Shown here piece after piece: positions 48,342-59,344 of a stretch of 64,000 nt of DNA (position 1 is its first letter; every line of letters begins with the position of its first letter). Below the pieces are notes generated by a model, which was not told the origin of the DNA, did not search any database, and worked only from the letters and a program-made list of their open reading frames with translations. The stretch is from Candidatus Marinacidobacterales bacterium (lineage in GTDB: Bacteria; Acidobacteriota; Vicinamibacteria; Marinacidobacterales; DATDRI01), in assembly GCA_965219415.1 (NCBI GenBank), contig OZ244742.1, positions 256,001-320,000 on the forward strand, read 5' to 3'. The translations under genes and the position numbers were made by a program.

Positions 48342-49280
48342 CCGTTCCCAAGCGACTTCCGCTATGGCGGCGTCCTGCGCCCCCACGCCAGTCAGGTCGC
48401 AGACGATCAACTCCTTGCCCTCACGGCCTGATTTGCGTCCGATCAGCACCTCACCTAGCTCGGCGTGAAGCTCCTCCTCTTTGAAAAGACCCGCCTCGAC
48501 CGCGTGATGGATCTCTCCCAAACGCACACACTGCGAAAGTCGGTCCGCGACGACCTTGTCGGCATTGGCAACCACCTCCGCAGCCAACTCTCGCTTATCG
48601 GGCCCATCGGAGCCGACCGCAATGACCGTCGCGTCCGCCTGCAACCACGCGCTTTCCACCAGCGGCTCCCGGGACGGAGTGCATGTCACAACCAGTTGCG
48701 CCTCGCGCAAGGCTTGCTCCGGCGTATCGGCCGGTAAAACTGATTTCCCGAGCTCGCCTTGCATTTCCTGGGAGTACGCTTCCACATGGTCGCGATGTGG
48801 ACTCCACACGTCGACGCGCTCGAACTCACACACTCGGGCAATCGCACGAAGCTGATAACGGGCTTGAACGCCGCTTCCCAACATCGCTACCCGACCCACA
48901 GCCGCCGGGGCGAGAAGCCGAGCCGCCAGAGCTCCGGCCGCGGCGGTTCGCAGATCGGTCAGATAGGCGTTGTCCCGCAATAGCGCGAGCGGAAACCCTG
49001 TCTCGGCGTCGAAAACCAATACCAAGCCCGATCCCGTCGGCAGGTTCTTTTCAGCGTTGCGGTAAAAGCCGGAGGCGACTTTGATCGCGAAGACCTTCGA
49101 GCCCTTCAGGTAAGCGCCCTTCACGTGCACTTCGCCCTGGACCGGGGCTACATCCAAGGCCATCGGAGGCGGTTGCTCCACACGTCCTTCGGCCAAAGCA
49201 CTAAACGCTCGCTCAGCCGATTCCAGCGCCTCGGCTTCGTTTATCAAGTCCCTGAGCTTCTCTTCTTCTACGATCCGCAT
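48333..49280 (-). CDS. ornithine cyclodeaminase/mu-crystallin family protein
   Basis: HVKGAY, AIKVASGF..N, LTDLRTAAAGA, GSGVQA, AVGSD...KRE and CDLTGVGAQD motifs. Confidence 0.92.
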   Translation of the reverse strand: MRIVEEEKLRDLINEAEALESAERAFSALAEGRVEQPPPMALDVAPVQGEVHVKGAYLKGSKVFAIKVASGFYRNAEKNLPTGSGLVLVFDAETGFPLALLRDNAYLTDLRTAAAGALAARLLAPAAVGRVAMLGSGVQARYQLRAIARVCEFERVDVWSPHRDHVEAYSQEMQGELGKSVLPADTPEQALREAQLVVTCTPSREPLVESAWLQADATVIAVGSDGPDKRELAAEVVANADKVVADRLSQCVRLGEIHHAVEAGLFKEEELHAELGEVLIGRKSGREGKELIVCDLTGVGAQDAAIAEVAWERSG

Positions 49281-49444
49281 GCTGCCTGTCCGATATGGCG
49301 AATGCCGATGGTATCACGGTGGCTAGACCGCGGCGATTGGGGAGAAGCCGCAACCGAACGGCGGACTCACGGCAGGCCGGGTAACTACTCCCGCCGGATC
49401 TCCTCCGGACGACCTTCTCACAGGGATCTTTTGAGACGGTCTTG

Positions 49445-49813
49445 CTAGGTGGGCATATCCTCGAACTGTGCAACCAGTTCGTGGAACCGCTGAATGTAGG
49501 CGTCGACTTTTTCTTGGGCGGCCGGAGGCAGCTTCCCGAAAGAAAGCCCTACTCCGGGAGGATTGTCCGCCGATGCATCCTTGGAATCGAGGTTGCTCCA
49601 CTCGACGACGGCATCGACGGTGATCTCACCAATCTCCCAAGGGAGCGTGATTTCGAGGGTGACCGGATCCCCGATGGGGATTGGATCTTTGGTGGCCAAG
49701 AAGGCGCCTTGCTCGCTCAAGTTTGTAAGGTAGCCTGGTTTCTGATTTTCTTCGTACGCCCACTTGGTGCGTATTACCAGCGGCTGCAGGCGGTCGCTCT
49801 TTCGTTTTTCCAT
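49445..49813 (-). CDS. single-domain PilZ protein
   Basis: KRKSDR (RxxxR), NLSEQG (D/NxSxxG) and GVGLSF motifs. Confidence 0.88.
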   Translation of the reverse strand: MEKRKSDRLQPLVIRTKWAYEENQKPGYLTNLSEQGAFLATKDPIPIGDPVTLEITLPWEIGEITVDAVVEWSNLDSKDASADNPPGVGLSFGKLPPAAQEKVDAYIQRFHELVAQFEDMPT

Positions 49814-49823
49814 GAACCAGTCC

Positions 49824-51465
49824 TCACTCTTTGACTTCGCCCACTAAGAGCTTCGCGTCGAGCGAGCGAAGCTTGCCCTGTAGGAACACGTTCTCCAACG
49901 CCATACCGGCCTGCCCCATGAAGACCTCGAGGGCGGTCAGGGAGGTCAGCGGTTTTCCTGTGAGTCCGTTGTCGCCGTAGAGAATCAGCAGAACTTCGGC
50001 GTTGTTGAGCATCGGGACCAACGCCGCTTCAGCGGCTCGCCCTTGGCCGATATGAGAAAAAAGCCCCGGTTGCATCAAATCCAGTTCGGTATTCAGAGTA
50101 TGGGTTTTCCGACCCGTAACGACCTGTTGGACGGGAACTGTGGACTCAATGCCGATCGACAGTTTCTGCGCCAGGGCAACGTTGTCCCTTTCGCTCTTGG
50201 CCAGGCCAAAACCACTCAGGCCAGACGCCCGTTCGTTCTTTAAGAGAAACAAGATGCCACGCTCGAAGAACCTCTCGGCCGCCTGCAGCACCATTCGGGA
50301 AATATCCACCGAGCGGCGCGGATCGATGAGTTGTTCCGTCATCGACGCGAGAAATTCCAGGATCTGATTTCCGTCGACGGGGTCCCCATTGCTCCTCGCC
50401 GGCTCCTCGCTTTCTGGCGGCGACTGATGAGGTGCCAGATCGGCCAGCTCGCGCAAGATTGCGTGACCGAATGTACGAAGGTCGGACTTGTACTGCCCGA
50501 TATCCAACTTCGACAAGGCCGGCTTGAAAGCCACCTTGCGAATTCCTAGCTCCAGGGCTCGTCGCCGCGCTTTGTCGGAAGCCGTTCCACCATCAGCAAA
50601 ACCGGCACCGACTTCTCTAGCTTTCGCACCCGACGAGCTACTTCGAAACCACCGAAGAAACTCTTGCCGGTCGTGGTCGGCATTTTCAGATCACTAACGA
50701 CCAAGACCTGCTCGCCTTCTGCCAACCTTTCCTTGGCCAGGTTCGCACCTTGAAGGGGTGTGGTTGCGGTAAACACTTGATAACCATTCGCCTGTAGCTC
50801 TTCGCCGACGACCTCGGCAACAACCGGTTCGTCGTCCACCACGACCACCGTGGACCCGTCGTGGCGAAGCGGGTTGGAAAGCGGGTCGTTGAGCGATCCG
50901 GGAGCTATTACTTGGGTCCGGGTTGGATTGGACTCCGGTTCGTCCAAGGCTCCGGGTGGGAGATCGGCCATGCCTGGGTCGTTCGACGGTTCGGCCGTGT
51001 CCGTGGCGGATGCCGCTCCGGCGGGAACCGGCGATACTAGCTCCAACTGAAAACCGGACTCCAACATGGCGGTTGTGTCCCGCCGATCCTCGTCGAGCTC
51101 CCGGGTCAGCTCGAGCAACAGCCCTTGCGCGTTGATGCCAGGAGAGCTCAGGAATGCCGAAATGTTTACGCTCTCTAGATCTGACGCTATCCCTTGAGCG
51201 ACCTTAAAATGGAAGTCGCCCTCCTGAAGACGAGCCATTTCGCGCAGAGAGGTCTCGACCACTTCCAGGATGACGGCGTCTTTCTGACCTTCCTCGTATC
51301 GAGCATCGACCACGCATAGGCACAGACGACCTTACCGTCCCTGAAAACAACGGAGCCTCGGCCAAAGGGGCTGTCGATGAAGAGGTAGCCGTTTTTCTGT
51401 GAGAAGGCCACCAGCTGAAGGATGTCCACGAAGGGCAACTCCTGAAGCTGACCTTGAAATCCCAT
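49824..51465 (-). CDS. DUF4388 - receiver - GAF-like signalling protein, two frameshifts
   Basis: FQGQLQELPFVDILQLV...KNGYL...FRDGKVV (DUF4388), VVVDDEP...SDLKMP...FKP (receiver), and LVPML...LILYGDN...AGMALEN (GAF-like). Confidence 0.8.
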
Positions 51466-51848
51466 GATGTCCTCTATCCGACCGTTGAAATGCCCTCAGG
51501 CGGGTGGGCCCCTGAGTGACAGTAACCTTGCTGACGAGAGAGACCCTCGCCAGGCGAAAACGCCATCCTAACCAACAGTATTCTCCGTGGATTTATCCTT
51601 TATTATGAACGAGATGGCGCCCGAGGGCAATCCCCTCCTGGGGGAGACGTCGCTGACGCGCCGGCAGCGGTTTACGGGGCGCTTGGGCCTTTTACGGAGA
51701 CCCCGACTAGCGTTATGCTTCCGCTTCCGCCGCAAAGAGGTGGCCCTGCGCGGTGCAGGCCCAGAAGGCGGGAGGGGCCGTCAAACTGTGTCGTTGCTAC
51801 TAGCCGGCGAGCCAGACGGCGGTTCCGCGTTCCCGGCGACTTGACTGT

Positions 51849-52797
51849 ATGAAAAATTTGTTGAGGCAGTCCGTTTTTCTCATGACTCTAACGACAGGCG
51901 TTGCCGGCGCACAAACGAAACCGGTTCTTCTCGACGTCGACACCAGGCTACGCAACGCCCTGCAACTCGTGGAACTGGCGGGACGGTCCGACATCCCAGT
52001 GGCGCGTGGGGCCGAAGCGCCCATGGTTGGTCAACTGGTCACCTCGACACACGTACATGGCAAATCGGGTCTGGGCAACATAGAGCTCCCCCCGCCGACG
52101 ACCAAACCGTATGCAGGCAGCGCGGTCGATCTCATCGTCACGAAGATCGAAGAGTATCCAGGTCGGCTCACGTTGATTCCGGTGGGTCCTCTCACCAACA
52201 TCGCGCTGGCTTTGAAGCTGCGCCCCGACCTCATTGCTGACATCAAGGAGATCGTGCTAATGGGCGGGTCTATCACCGGTGGGAACATCACACCAGCCGC
52301 CGAGTTCAACATCTACAACGATCCCGAAGCCGCCGACATGGTCTTTCACTCCGGCGTTCCCATCGTGATGGTGGGGCTCGATGTAACGGAGAAGACGGTT
52401 TTGAAGCCGGAAGACCTGCAAGGAATTTCAAGGACTGCCAGTCAAGCAAACAAACAAACTGGTGTGGGGTCTTACCGACTATCACCACACCGAGCGCGGC
52501 GCCGCAGGCCTCACGATGCACGATCCGTTGGCGGTCGGCGTGGTCATCGATCCGAGCTTCGTGACTACCGAGAGCCTACATGTGGGCGTGGAGACTCAAG
52601 GGGAGAAGACTCGCGGAGAGACTGTCGCCGCGCGCAAAGGCTTCATGCTGGAGTTCAAGGAGGGCCACGGCGTTCGGACCGTCGTCGGGCGGACGGAGTT
52701 GAAAACGAACACCGAGGTGTGCGTGGGAGTTGACTCAGATCGGTTCATCCGCTTTTTCGTCGAGCGCGTGTTGACGGGTTCGGCAACCCAAGAATAA
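51849..52797 (+). CDS. inosine/uridine-preferring nucleoside hydrolase family, with internal deletion and frameshift
   Basis: VHGKSGLG, GPLTNIA, MGG...GNITPAAEFNIYNDPEAA, MVGLDVT and MHDPLAV motifs. The N-terminal Asp cluster is incomplete. Confidence 0.88.
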
Positions 52798-52814
52798 CTA
52801 CGGCAACCTCTGTC

Positions 52815-53939
52815 TCATTCCGCGTGCCCGACGTTGAGGTTCCCCAGAGCATCCATGTCCTTGAGGCCCCAGCCAGTGAGGGGCAACAAGGGGCGCTCCG
52901 CTTCCCCTCCATTGTCTTTCCACTCCCGGTGGCCGGCTAGAACTGCCGCCGAGGTCGGTTCCACCAAGAACCCGGCTCTCGCCAAGTCGCGCTGAGCGAC
53001 CCGGATCTGGTCGTCGCCGATGACTACGACCGTTCCTGACGTGGCGAGAATGGCATCCGCCACTTGGGCGAGCCGTACCGGCTCGTGTACAGCAATGCCT
53101 TTCGCAATGGTGCGCTCCTCTCTCGGCTCCGCCCGCTTCCCTGTCACCCGACTATAAACGGGAGCATGGGACGCGACTTGGATCCCCACCAAACGAGGCA
53201 TCGTCTCGATCCAACCGAGCGCCTTCATCTCGCTGAAACCCTTGAAGCTTCCTAGAATCAGCGATCCGTTCCCGATTGGATAGAAGATAGCGTCCGGCAA
53301 GGGCTCCGCCTGCTCGAATAACTCGTAAGCAAACGTCTTGGTTCCCTGAAGGAAAAAGGGCTGCCAGTTATGGCTTGCGTAAAAAATGTCATCCGAGCGT
53401 CGAAGGGCTTCGGCTGCGACGTCGTCCCGGCTTCCCGCCACGCGTTCCAGAACCGCACCGTAGCTCTCGATCTGAAGCGCCTTTTCCAAGGGCACACTCT
53501 CGGGAACTAAGACTCGACATTTGATCCCCGCCGCCGCGGCATAGGCAGCGAGAGAGCATCCGGCGTTGCCCGAGCTATCCTCTAGAATTTCCCCGACCCC
53601 CATTTCCCTTAAACGGCTCAGCAGTACAGACGCGCCGCGATCCTTGAAAGACCCGGTCGGGGCGAGGTACTCGGCTTTCAAGAGAACGCGCGTCCCATCC
53701 AATTCTGTATCCAGAAGGGGCGTCATCCCCTCGCCCAGGCTCACGATCGCCTTTTGGTCCCCGAGCGGAATGACGTCTCGATAACGCCACAGCGACCCGT
53801 CATCCGAAGAAAAACCATCGCTTGGCAGGGACAGCTGTAGTTGGACGTCCAGCGCTCCGCCACAAGAACACCGAAAGCCTGTGAAGTCGCGATCCACTTC
53901 GCGTTCACAGCCAACACACTTCAACGTCCAGGAAGTCAT
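52815..53939 (-). CDS. thrC: threonine synthase family PLP-dependent enzyme
   Basis: N-terminal CxxC/CxCGG, LGEGMTPL, PTGSFKDRG, DSSGNAG and VEPTSA motifs. Confidence 0.88.
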   Translation of the reverse strand: MTSWTLKCVGCEREVDRDFTGFRCSCGGALDVQLQLSLPSDGFSSDDGSLWRYRDVIPLGDQKAIVSLGEGMTPLLDTELDGTRVLLKAEYLAPTGSFKDRGASVLLSRLREMGVGEILEDSSGNAGCSLAAYAAAAGIKCRVLVPESVPLEKALQIESYGAVLERVAGSRDDVAAEALRRSDDIFYASHNWQPFFLQGTKTFAYELFEQAEPLPDAIFYPIGNGSLILGSFKGFSEMKALGWIETMPRLVGIQVASHAPVYSRVTGKRAEPREERTIAKGIAVHEPVRLAQVADAILATSGTVVVIGDDQIRVAQRDLARAGFLVEPTSAAVLAGHREWKDNGGEAERPLLPLTGWGLKDMDALGNLNVGHAE

Positions 53940-54036
53940 CCCTGCGGATCATGATCGAACAGTGGTTAAACTTCAACCCCGACGCGTCGAAAAGATGGTA
54001 GAGTGGTTCGTTCGAGCGCGCTCAGGAAGGTGCGAA

Positions 54037-54607
54037 TGACCAGGAGGTGGGTAATAGCTCTCGCACTGCTCGTGTCTGTGATGTCGTTCACAGAGACAGC
54101 AGCCGCGGAAGGCCAAGCGTCGATCTACATTGGCCGCACGTTTACCAGTGCACTGTTCTTGGAAAACATGACGACATTCGGCGGCACCGTCGGTGCCTAC
54201 GGCGGAATTGTCGGTTTCGAGTTCGGGCTCGAGTATTCACCGCAGTCCAACTTCCAAGTGCCCTTTCTGGATCTCGGCGCCTCTCTCACCAACATCATGG
54301 GTAACTTGGTGGTGCAAATACCCATCGGTGAGTTCTACCCCTACGGCACCTTCGGCTACGGTGTCGTCATAGCTAACGCCGGCTCGGACGTTCCCGACGA
54401 GTTTCTGGGACCAATGGGGCCTTCAACTTCGGTTTCGGCGCCAAGGTTTTTTTCACCCGGAGCGTAGGGCTGAGGCCCGACTACCGCCGGTTTGCGATCC
54501 AAACGGGAGACGAAAACCCGGATCTTGGAATACCATTCACCGGCATCAAGATCGAAGCTAGCCCGGATTTGAACCGCTCCGTGGGCGACGTCACGTTCCG
54601 TTTCTGA
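54037..54607 (+). CDS. small outer-membrane beta-barrel protein, frameshift near 54417
   Basis: Signal peptide, amphipathic strands (FYPYGTFGYG, FNFGFGAKVFF) and C-terminal ...VTFRF. Confidence 0.75.
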
Positions 54608-54629
54608 CGTCGTTTCCCTCGTCAATCGG

Positions 54630-56498
54630 TTAGAACTGTCCGAGCGTCCCCTCTCTTCTCGCCTGCCGCAAGGCGTGGCGGAAGGCGAGGAGCCCAAGGG
54701 GCAGCAACGCCAGGGCGAAGACCACCAAGATGCCGAGCTCTCGCGCAACTCCCTCGACTCCGCTTCCGAGCAAAAGCGCCTTCCGCATTGCGTCAAGGGC
54801 TATAAGTGATAGGTAGAGCCCGAGAGATTATTTGCAACGATTCAGGCAGGACCTCAATGGGGAAATACACTCCACCGAACAGCGTCGCCGCGGCGTTGAT
54901 CAGAAAATTCACCGGATCGCCTCGCTTCACGGTCATCATGAAAGCCGCCGAGACCATACCCAAAGCGGCGAACGAGGCCATGGTCGGGATCATGATCAGG
55001 AGCGCCACCGGTATGTTCATTCGGCTGAAGGATAAGCCGCCCATCAAGACTCCGAGCAATAGATAGCCCGCCACGGTAACCGTGTGGTAAATAAAAGTGA
55101 AACTCGTCGTGGCTCCAAGCAGAGTTGGACAGGTTCAGCGGACTCGCCAAGAGCATCTCCAGCGTGCCCATCATTTGCTCTGCTCTTAGAGATCCCGCGA
55201 AATGGTTGAGCGCCACTCCCAAATAACCGCGGAAAGCGATTCCAATCAAGATGAAGGGGAAGAAATCCGTACCATATTGCTGAAGCACAGGGACCCGAGC
55301 CTCGGTGACCAACTGCGCGAGGTAGAAAAAGACCGCGACATTGAAAAGGATCCCAAAGAAGCCCAGCGCGAAAGCAAATCGATAAGAAAGGTGGAGGCGC
55401 ACGTCGCGACGTAGAAAGGCGGCGAACTGCACGAGCTTCCGCTCCGGGGACCGCTTGCTCGGCGCGCTCGGGGGACGGGGTGTTTGGAACGGAGCCCCGG
55501 TCTCGTCGTTCGATTCCACTTCTTGGAGAGCCAATTCCGTAGCCTCGGAGGGGTTGTGTGGTTGGATGCCTTGGACTCGCCCCCCCATCCCGTGGAGACC
55601 GGTCACCAGGTCGCCGATCACGGCACCCGCCTCCAACTCCACGTGGAGCTCATTGAGCTGACCGCTCCCGACGACTCGACCTCGGGCCAAACCAGGTGCC
55701 TGCTCCCAACCTTCCACCGAGCGCTCGAGGCGAACGGTATAACGGGCGATGCGATCGACGTCTCCCCCGCGGCGTCGGAGCTCCGACGGGCTCCCATCGA
55801 AACCGACTTGGCCCCGAGCGCATGACCAGAAAACGTCTGCACAGTTTTTCGGCTTCGGCAAGATCGTGTGTCACCAGAAGCACCGCGGTCTTCTCTTCTG
55901 TTACCAGCTGCTCGATCGCGGTATGAAGCGACTGGCTTTCCACTGGATCGATACTACGGGTGGGCTCATCCAACAGCAGAAGGCGCGGACGATGGAGGAA
56001 GGCCCGAGCCAGTGCGAGCCGTTGCTTCATCCCCGACGAGCAAGCGTCGAACCGCCGATCGATGAAGGAGTCGAGCCGAAACACGGAGGACAACTGCGCA
56101 AGCCGCTTGGCCGCTTCGCCCAACTCGATGCCATGCATCGCGGCAAAGAACGCGAGATTCTCGCGACCGGTAAGACGCCAATAGAAGCTCCTTTCCTCGC
56201 TGGTAACCAAACCGATGGAACGTCGAACCTCGATCTCCTCACCGAGCGGATGGCCCGCGATGACCGCTTCCCCTCCGTCAGGCATCACGAGTGTGGCTAG
56301 CGTCTTGAGGAGGGTCATCTTCCCCGCGCCATTGGGCCCGAGGAGCGCAACCACCTCACCTTCCTCTAGAGCAAAGCTGACCCCGTTGAGGGCGAGCGTA
56401 GGCGAGTCGGTCGGCCGCAGGCGACCGCGCAGCAAATCGACGAGACGGAGACGAGGTCGGAACATCTTGACGAGCTCGTTGCACCAGAGAGCCACCAT
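54630..56498 (-). CDS. ABC transporter, ATPase fused to ABC-2 permease, three frameshifts
   Basis: GPNGAGK, SSGMKQRL, LLLDEPT and VTHD motifs. The post-frameshift frame runs from GQVGFDGSPSEL into permease sequence (EQMMGTLEMLLASP, GVYFPIEVLP). Confidence 0.82.
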
Positions 56499-56742
56499 GA
56501 ACCTTCAAGCTAACAGAACAACTGACGGTAATAAAGGTTCATCGGGTGGGTCCCTGTTAGGAAGCCAGGAAGCCAAACCATCGAGGCCCGACCCTTTGAC
56601 TCTATTCTGGCTGCGGGCTAATATCGCCTCCCCGATACGAGAGGGTTGAGGCTCTCTAAACGCTCAGCAGGCTGAATCAATGCGACGATCGCACTTTCGC
56701 TCATTCAATTGTTGGACCGCGTAGACAGGAGGAAATCCGGTC

Positions 56743-57882
56743 ATGGGCTTTGCCACAGACGCCATCCACGCGGGTCAGGAACCCGATCCGACCACCGGGG
56801 CTATCATCACCCCGATCTATCAAACTTCGACCTACGTGCAGGAAGGGCTGGGGCGCCATCAGGGCTTCGAGTACGCCCGGACTCAGAATCCAACGCGTTC
56901 CGCGGTGGAGGCCAACATCGCAACTCTCGAAAAGGGAGTCGGGGCACTCGCCTTTTCGTCCGGCATGGCTGCCATTTCCGCGGTTCTTACGTTCGTGAAG
57001 CAGGGCGAGCGAGTCGTCGTCACCGAAGATCTCTACGGGGGTACCTACCGGCTGTTCGAACGACTGTTAACGCAATTTGGGATACGCTTCTCCTACGTCG
57101 ATTCGTCTCGATTCGACGAAGTGGAAAAAGCGATGGGAGAGGACGTCACGCTGGTATTTCTCGAGACGCCCACGAACCCCATCCTCCGGCTTACCGACGT
57201 CAAGGCGGTCAGTGATCTTGCCCATCGCTTCAATGCCCGGGTGGTGGTGGACAATACGTTCATGAGTCCGTACTTCCAACTCCCGCTGGAACTGGGAGCG
57301 GATCTGGTTCTGCACAGCACGACCAAGTATATGAACGGACACAGCGACAGCCTCGGCGGGGTTGTGGTCGCGGCGCGAAAAGAGGACGTGGAACACCTCG
57401 CGTTTGTGCAAAACGCGGTAGGGGCGATCCTGTCTCCGTTCGACTCTTGGCTGCTGCTACGCGGCACCAAGACACTCGCCCTTCGGATGGAGCGGCACAA
57501 CACGAACGCCATCGCCTTGGCGGCGTTTCTTGCCAGCCATCCCAAGGTCCAGAAGCTCTACTACCCCGGACTCCCAGACCATCCCGGCCATGAGCTGGCG
57601 AAGAAACAAATGAGCGGTTTCGGCGGGATGCTGTCCTTCGAAGCGGGCTCCTTAAGGGCAGCGCAGACCGTTCTTGAAGGGGCGAGAGTCTTTTCATTGG
57701 CCGAGAGCCTCGGCGGCGTAGAAAGCTTAATCTCGCATCCTGCGACCATGACCCACGCATCCATTCCGGTCGAAGATCGCCGGCGCTACGGGGTGACGGA
57801 CGGGCTGGTTCGACTTTCCGTGGGGGTCGAGGACCTGGAGGATCTGCAGGCGGATCTGGAGCAGGCCCTAGCGAAAGCCTGA
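56743..57882 (+). CDS. metB: cystathionine gamma-synthase/gamma-lyase (Cys/Met metabolism PLP enzyme)
   Basis: PIYQTST, Y.RT.NPT, FSSGMAA, ETPTNP, HSTTKY.NGHSD and AESLGGVESL motifs; AGGAGG SD. Confidence 0.9.
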   Translation: MGFATDAIHAGQEPDPTTGAIITPIYQTSTYVQEGLGRHQGFEYARTQNPTRSAVEANIATLEKGVGALAFSSGMAAISAVLTFVKQGERVVVTEDLYGGTYRLFERLLTQFGIRFSYVDSSRFDEVEKAMGEDVTLVFLETPTNPILRLTDVKAVSDLAHRFNARVVVDNTFMSPYFQLPLELGADLVLHSTTKYMNGHSDSLGGVVVAARKEDVEHLAFVQNAVGAILSPFDSWLLLRGTKTLALRMERHNTNAIALAAFLASHPKVQKLYYPGLPDHPGHELAKKQMSGFGGMLSFEAGSLRAAQTVLEGARVFSLAESLGGVESLISHPATMTHASIPVEDRRRYGVTDGLVRLSVGVEDLEDLQADLEQALAKA

Positions 57883-57897
57883 GGCACGAAGCGGCGA

Positions 57898-59332
57898 GAG
57901 TCAAGCCCATTCTTAGTTGAAACTCTCCACGGCTCACGTTTAAGCGACCTTCTTCTTCGATACGGTTGATGTCTTCGCCTCGATCTTCAGTTCCCGCTTG
58001 AGAGCTTCGCGAAGCTTGGGAAGATGGCGGTAGCCCACCACCTTCCTCAAGCGCGGTTCGATGTCTACGAGCGCCGTTGCCAACCAGCGCTGGCGTTGGC
58101 TCGAGTTCTTCCAGTGGTCGACCTTCGCGCAGCGTTCCTCGACGAGAGCATTGACGGACTCAAGGCAGTTCGTCGTCTTGAACGAACGGCCCAGCACCGC
58201 GTGCACGCCGAGTCGATGCAACGTCAGCGTCTCCTCGAGGCCTTCCTCCAGGCTGCCAGCTGCGGATTGGTTCCGCTCTTCTAACTCACCGTGGAGTTGC
58301 TCGAGCGCAGTGAGGGCCTCTTCGTACTCCGGCCTGTTGTAGGCCCACTGGAGCCGCTTGCGCCATGACGCCTGCTCGCCCTTGGACAGGTAGCTCACTA
58401 CGTTTTCACGTTTGTGCCACTGGCAGCGTTGTATCAGGGCCCGCTTACGGAATGCCTTCTTGACTGCCGCTTGGAGACCCTTGCCGCCGTCGATGATCAC
58501 CAGCAGACCCTGGGAGATATCGAGTCCCCGCTCGAGCAGTGAACGCAGGAACGGCGTCAACACCTGCGCGTTCTCCGTGTCCGTCTCCACGAAGCCCAAG
58601 AAGCGTTTTTCCCCGCAAAGCGTGATGCCCAGAGCCACGACCATCGTTGCCTCGGCGAATGTCTTCCCATCCAGAAACAGCGCCACCACATCCTCGCCGG
58701 TCAGATCCCGTTCCTGCATCTCCCGCAGCTTCGCAGCGCTCGCTTGCACGAACCCTCGGGACACCGTTGAGCTCGACAGCCCGATGGCGCCCGGAATCGC
58801 TTCCGCTGCCGCCTCGTAGTTGCGACAAGAGATTCCGTAGAGAACTCGTTTCAGCAGAAGATCATTCACCTCACCGCCGTGGCTCACCGCCTCGTAGCAG
58901 CGAAGCGGAATCTCTCCTCCCTCGATGCTCCGAACCCGTGGCACACGGATCGGTACCCGCTGGCCGCCAAGCCCTACCGTGCCCGGGTTGCTTCCGGGAC
59001 GGCGACCGCGCTCCAGCTCGTCCTTGCGAGAGTATCGCTCTCCCGCCAACGCCTTCACTTCGTCGTCGAGCAACTCGTGAACGTGCATTAGACCAAGGGG
59101 GACCAACCAACGGATCATCTCTACCTTGGCGTCCAGCGCGAGTTCCCCGTAATCCTCGTGCCTCACCATCTCGACCTCACCCAAACGACGCGACTTCTTG
59201 CGTTTCTTGACCGAACGTAGCAGACTTCCCATCTCGGCTCCTTTCTTCGCGGCTTGATTTTGTTTTGTCCAACGCCATCAAACCACGGGGTTTGGAGCCG
59301 TTTCAATTCCCAACTAAGATTGGCACACTTTC
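57898..59332 (-). mobile_element. IS256-family insertion sequence (copy B, a different element from copy A)
   Basis: Imperfect IRs sharing GA......CCA.TCTTAGTTG...ACGGCTC. Flanks GCGGCGA (57891-57897) and GCGGGCGA (59333-59340) fit an 8-bp TSD with one G missing on the left. Confidence 0.88.
57940..59232 (-). CDS. IS256-family DDE transposase (intact)
   Basis: VPRVRS, GISCRNY, LFLDG, IIDGGKG, IQRCQWHK and TTNCLES.N motifs. Confidence 0.95.
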   Translation of the reverse strand: MGSLLRSVKKRKKSRRLGEVEMVRHEDYGELALDAKVEMIRWLVPLGLMHVHELLDDEVKALAGERYSRKDELERGRRPGSNPGTVGLGGQRVPIRVPRVRSIEGGEIPLRCYEAVSHGGEVNDLLLKRVLYGISCRNYEAAAEAIPGAIGLSSSTVSRGFVQASAAKLREMQERDLTGEDVVALFLDGKTFAEATMVVALGITLCGEKRFLGFVETDTENAQVLTPFLRSLLERGLDISQGLLVIIDGGKGLQAAVKKAFRKRALIQRCQWHKRENVVSYLSKGEQASWRKRLQWAYNRPEYEEALTALEQLHGELEERNQSAAGSLEEGLEETLTLHRLGVHAVLGRSFKTTNCLESVNALVEERCAKVDHWKNSSQRQRWLATALVDIEPRLRKVVGYRHLPKLREALKRELKIEAKTSTVSKKKVA

Positions 59333-59344
59333 GCGGGCGACCCG

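Noticed and set aside
51466-51848. c-di-GMP riboswitch ahead of the DUF4388/PilZ genes
   Set aside because: A hairpin (CTCAGG...CCTGAG) is present, but the GEMM consensus is absent.
56500-56742. SAM or SAH riboswitch upstream of metB
   Set aside because: Only small hairpins; the conserved SAM-I and SAH core motifs were not found.
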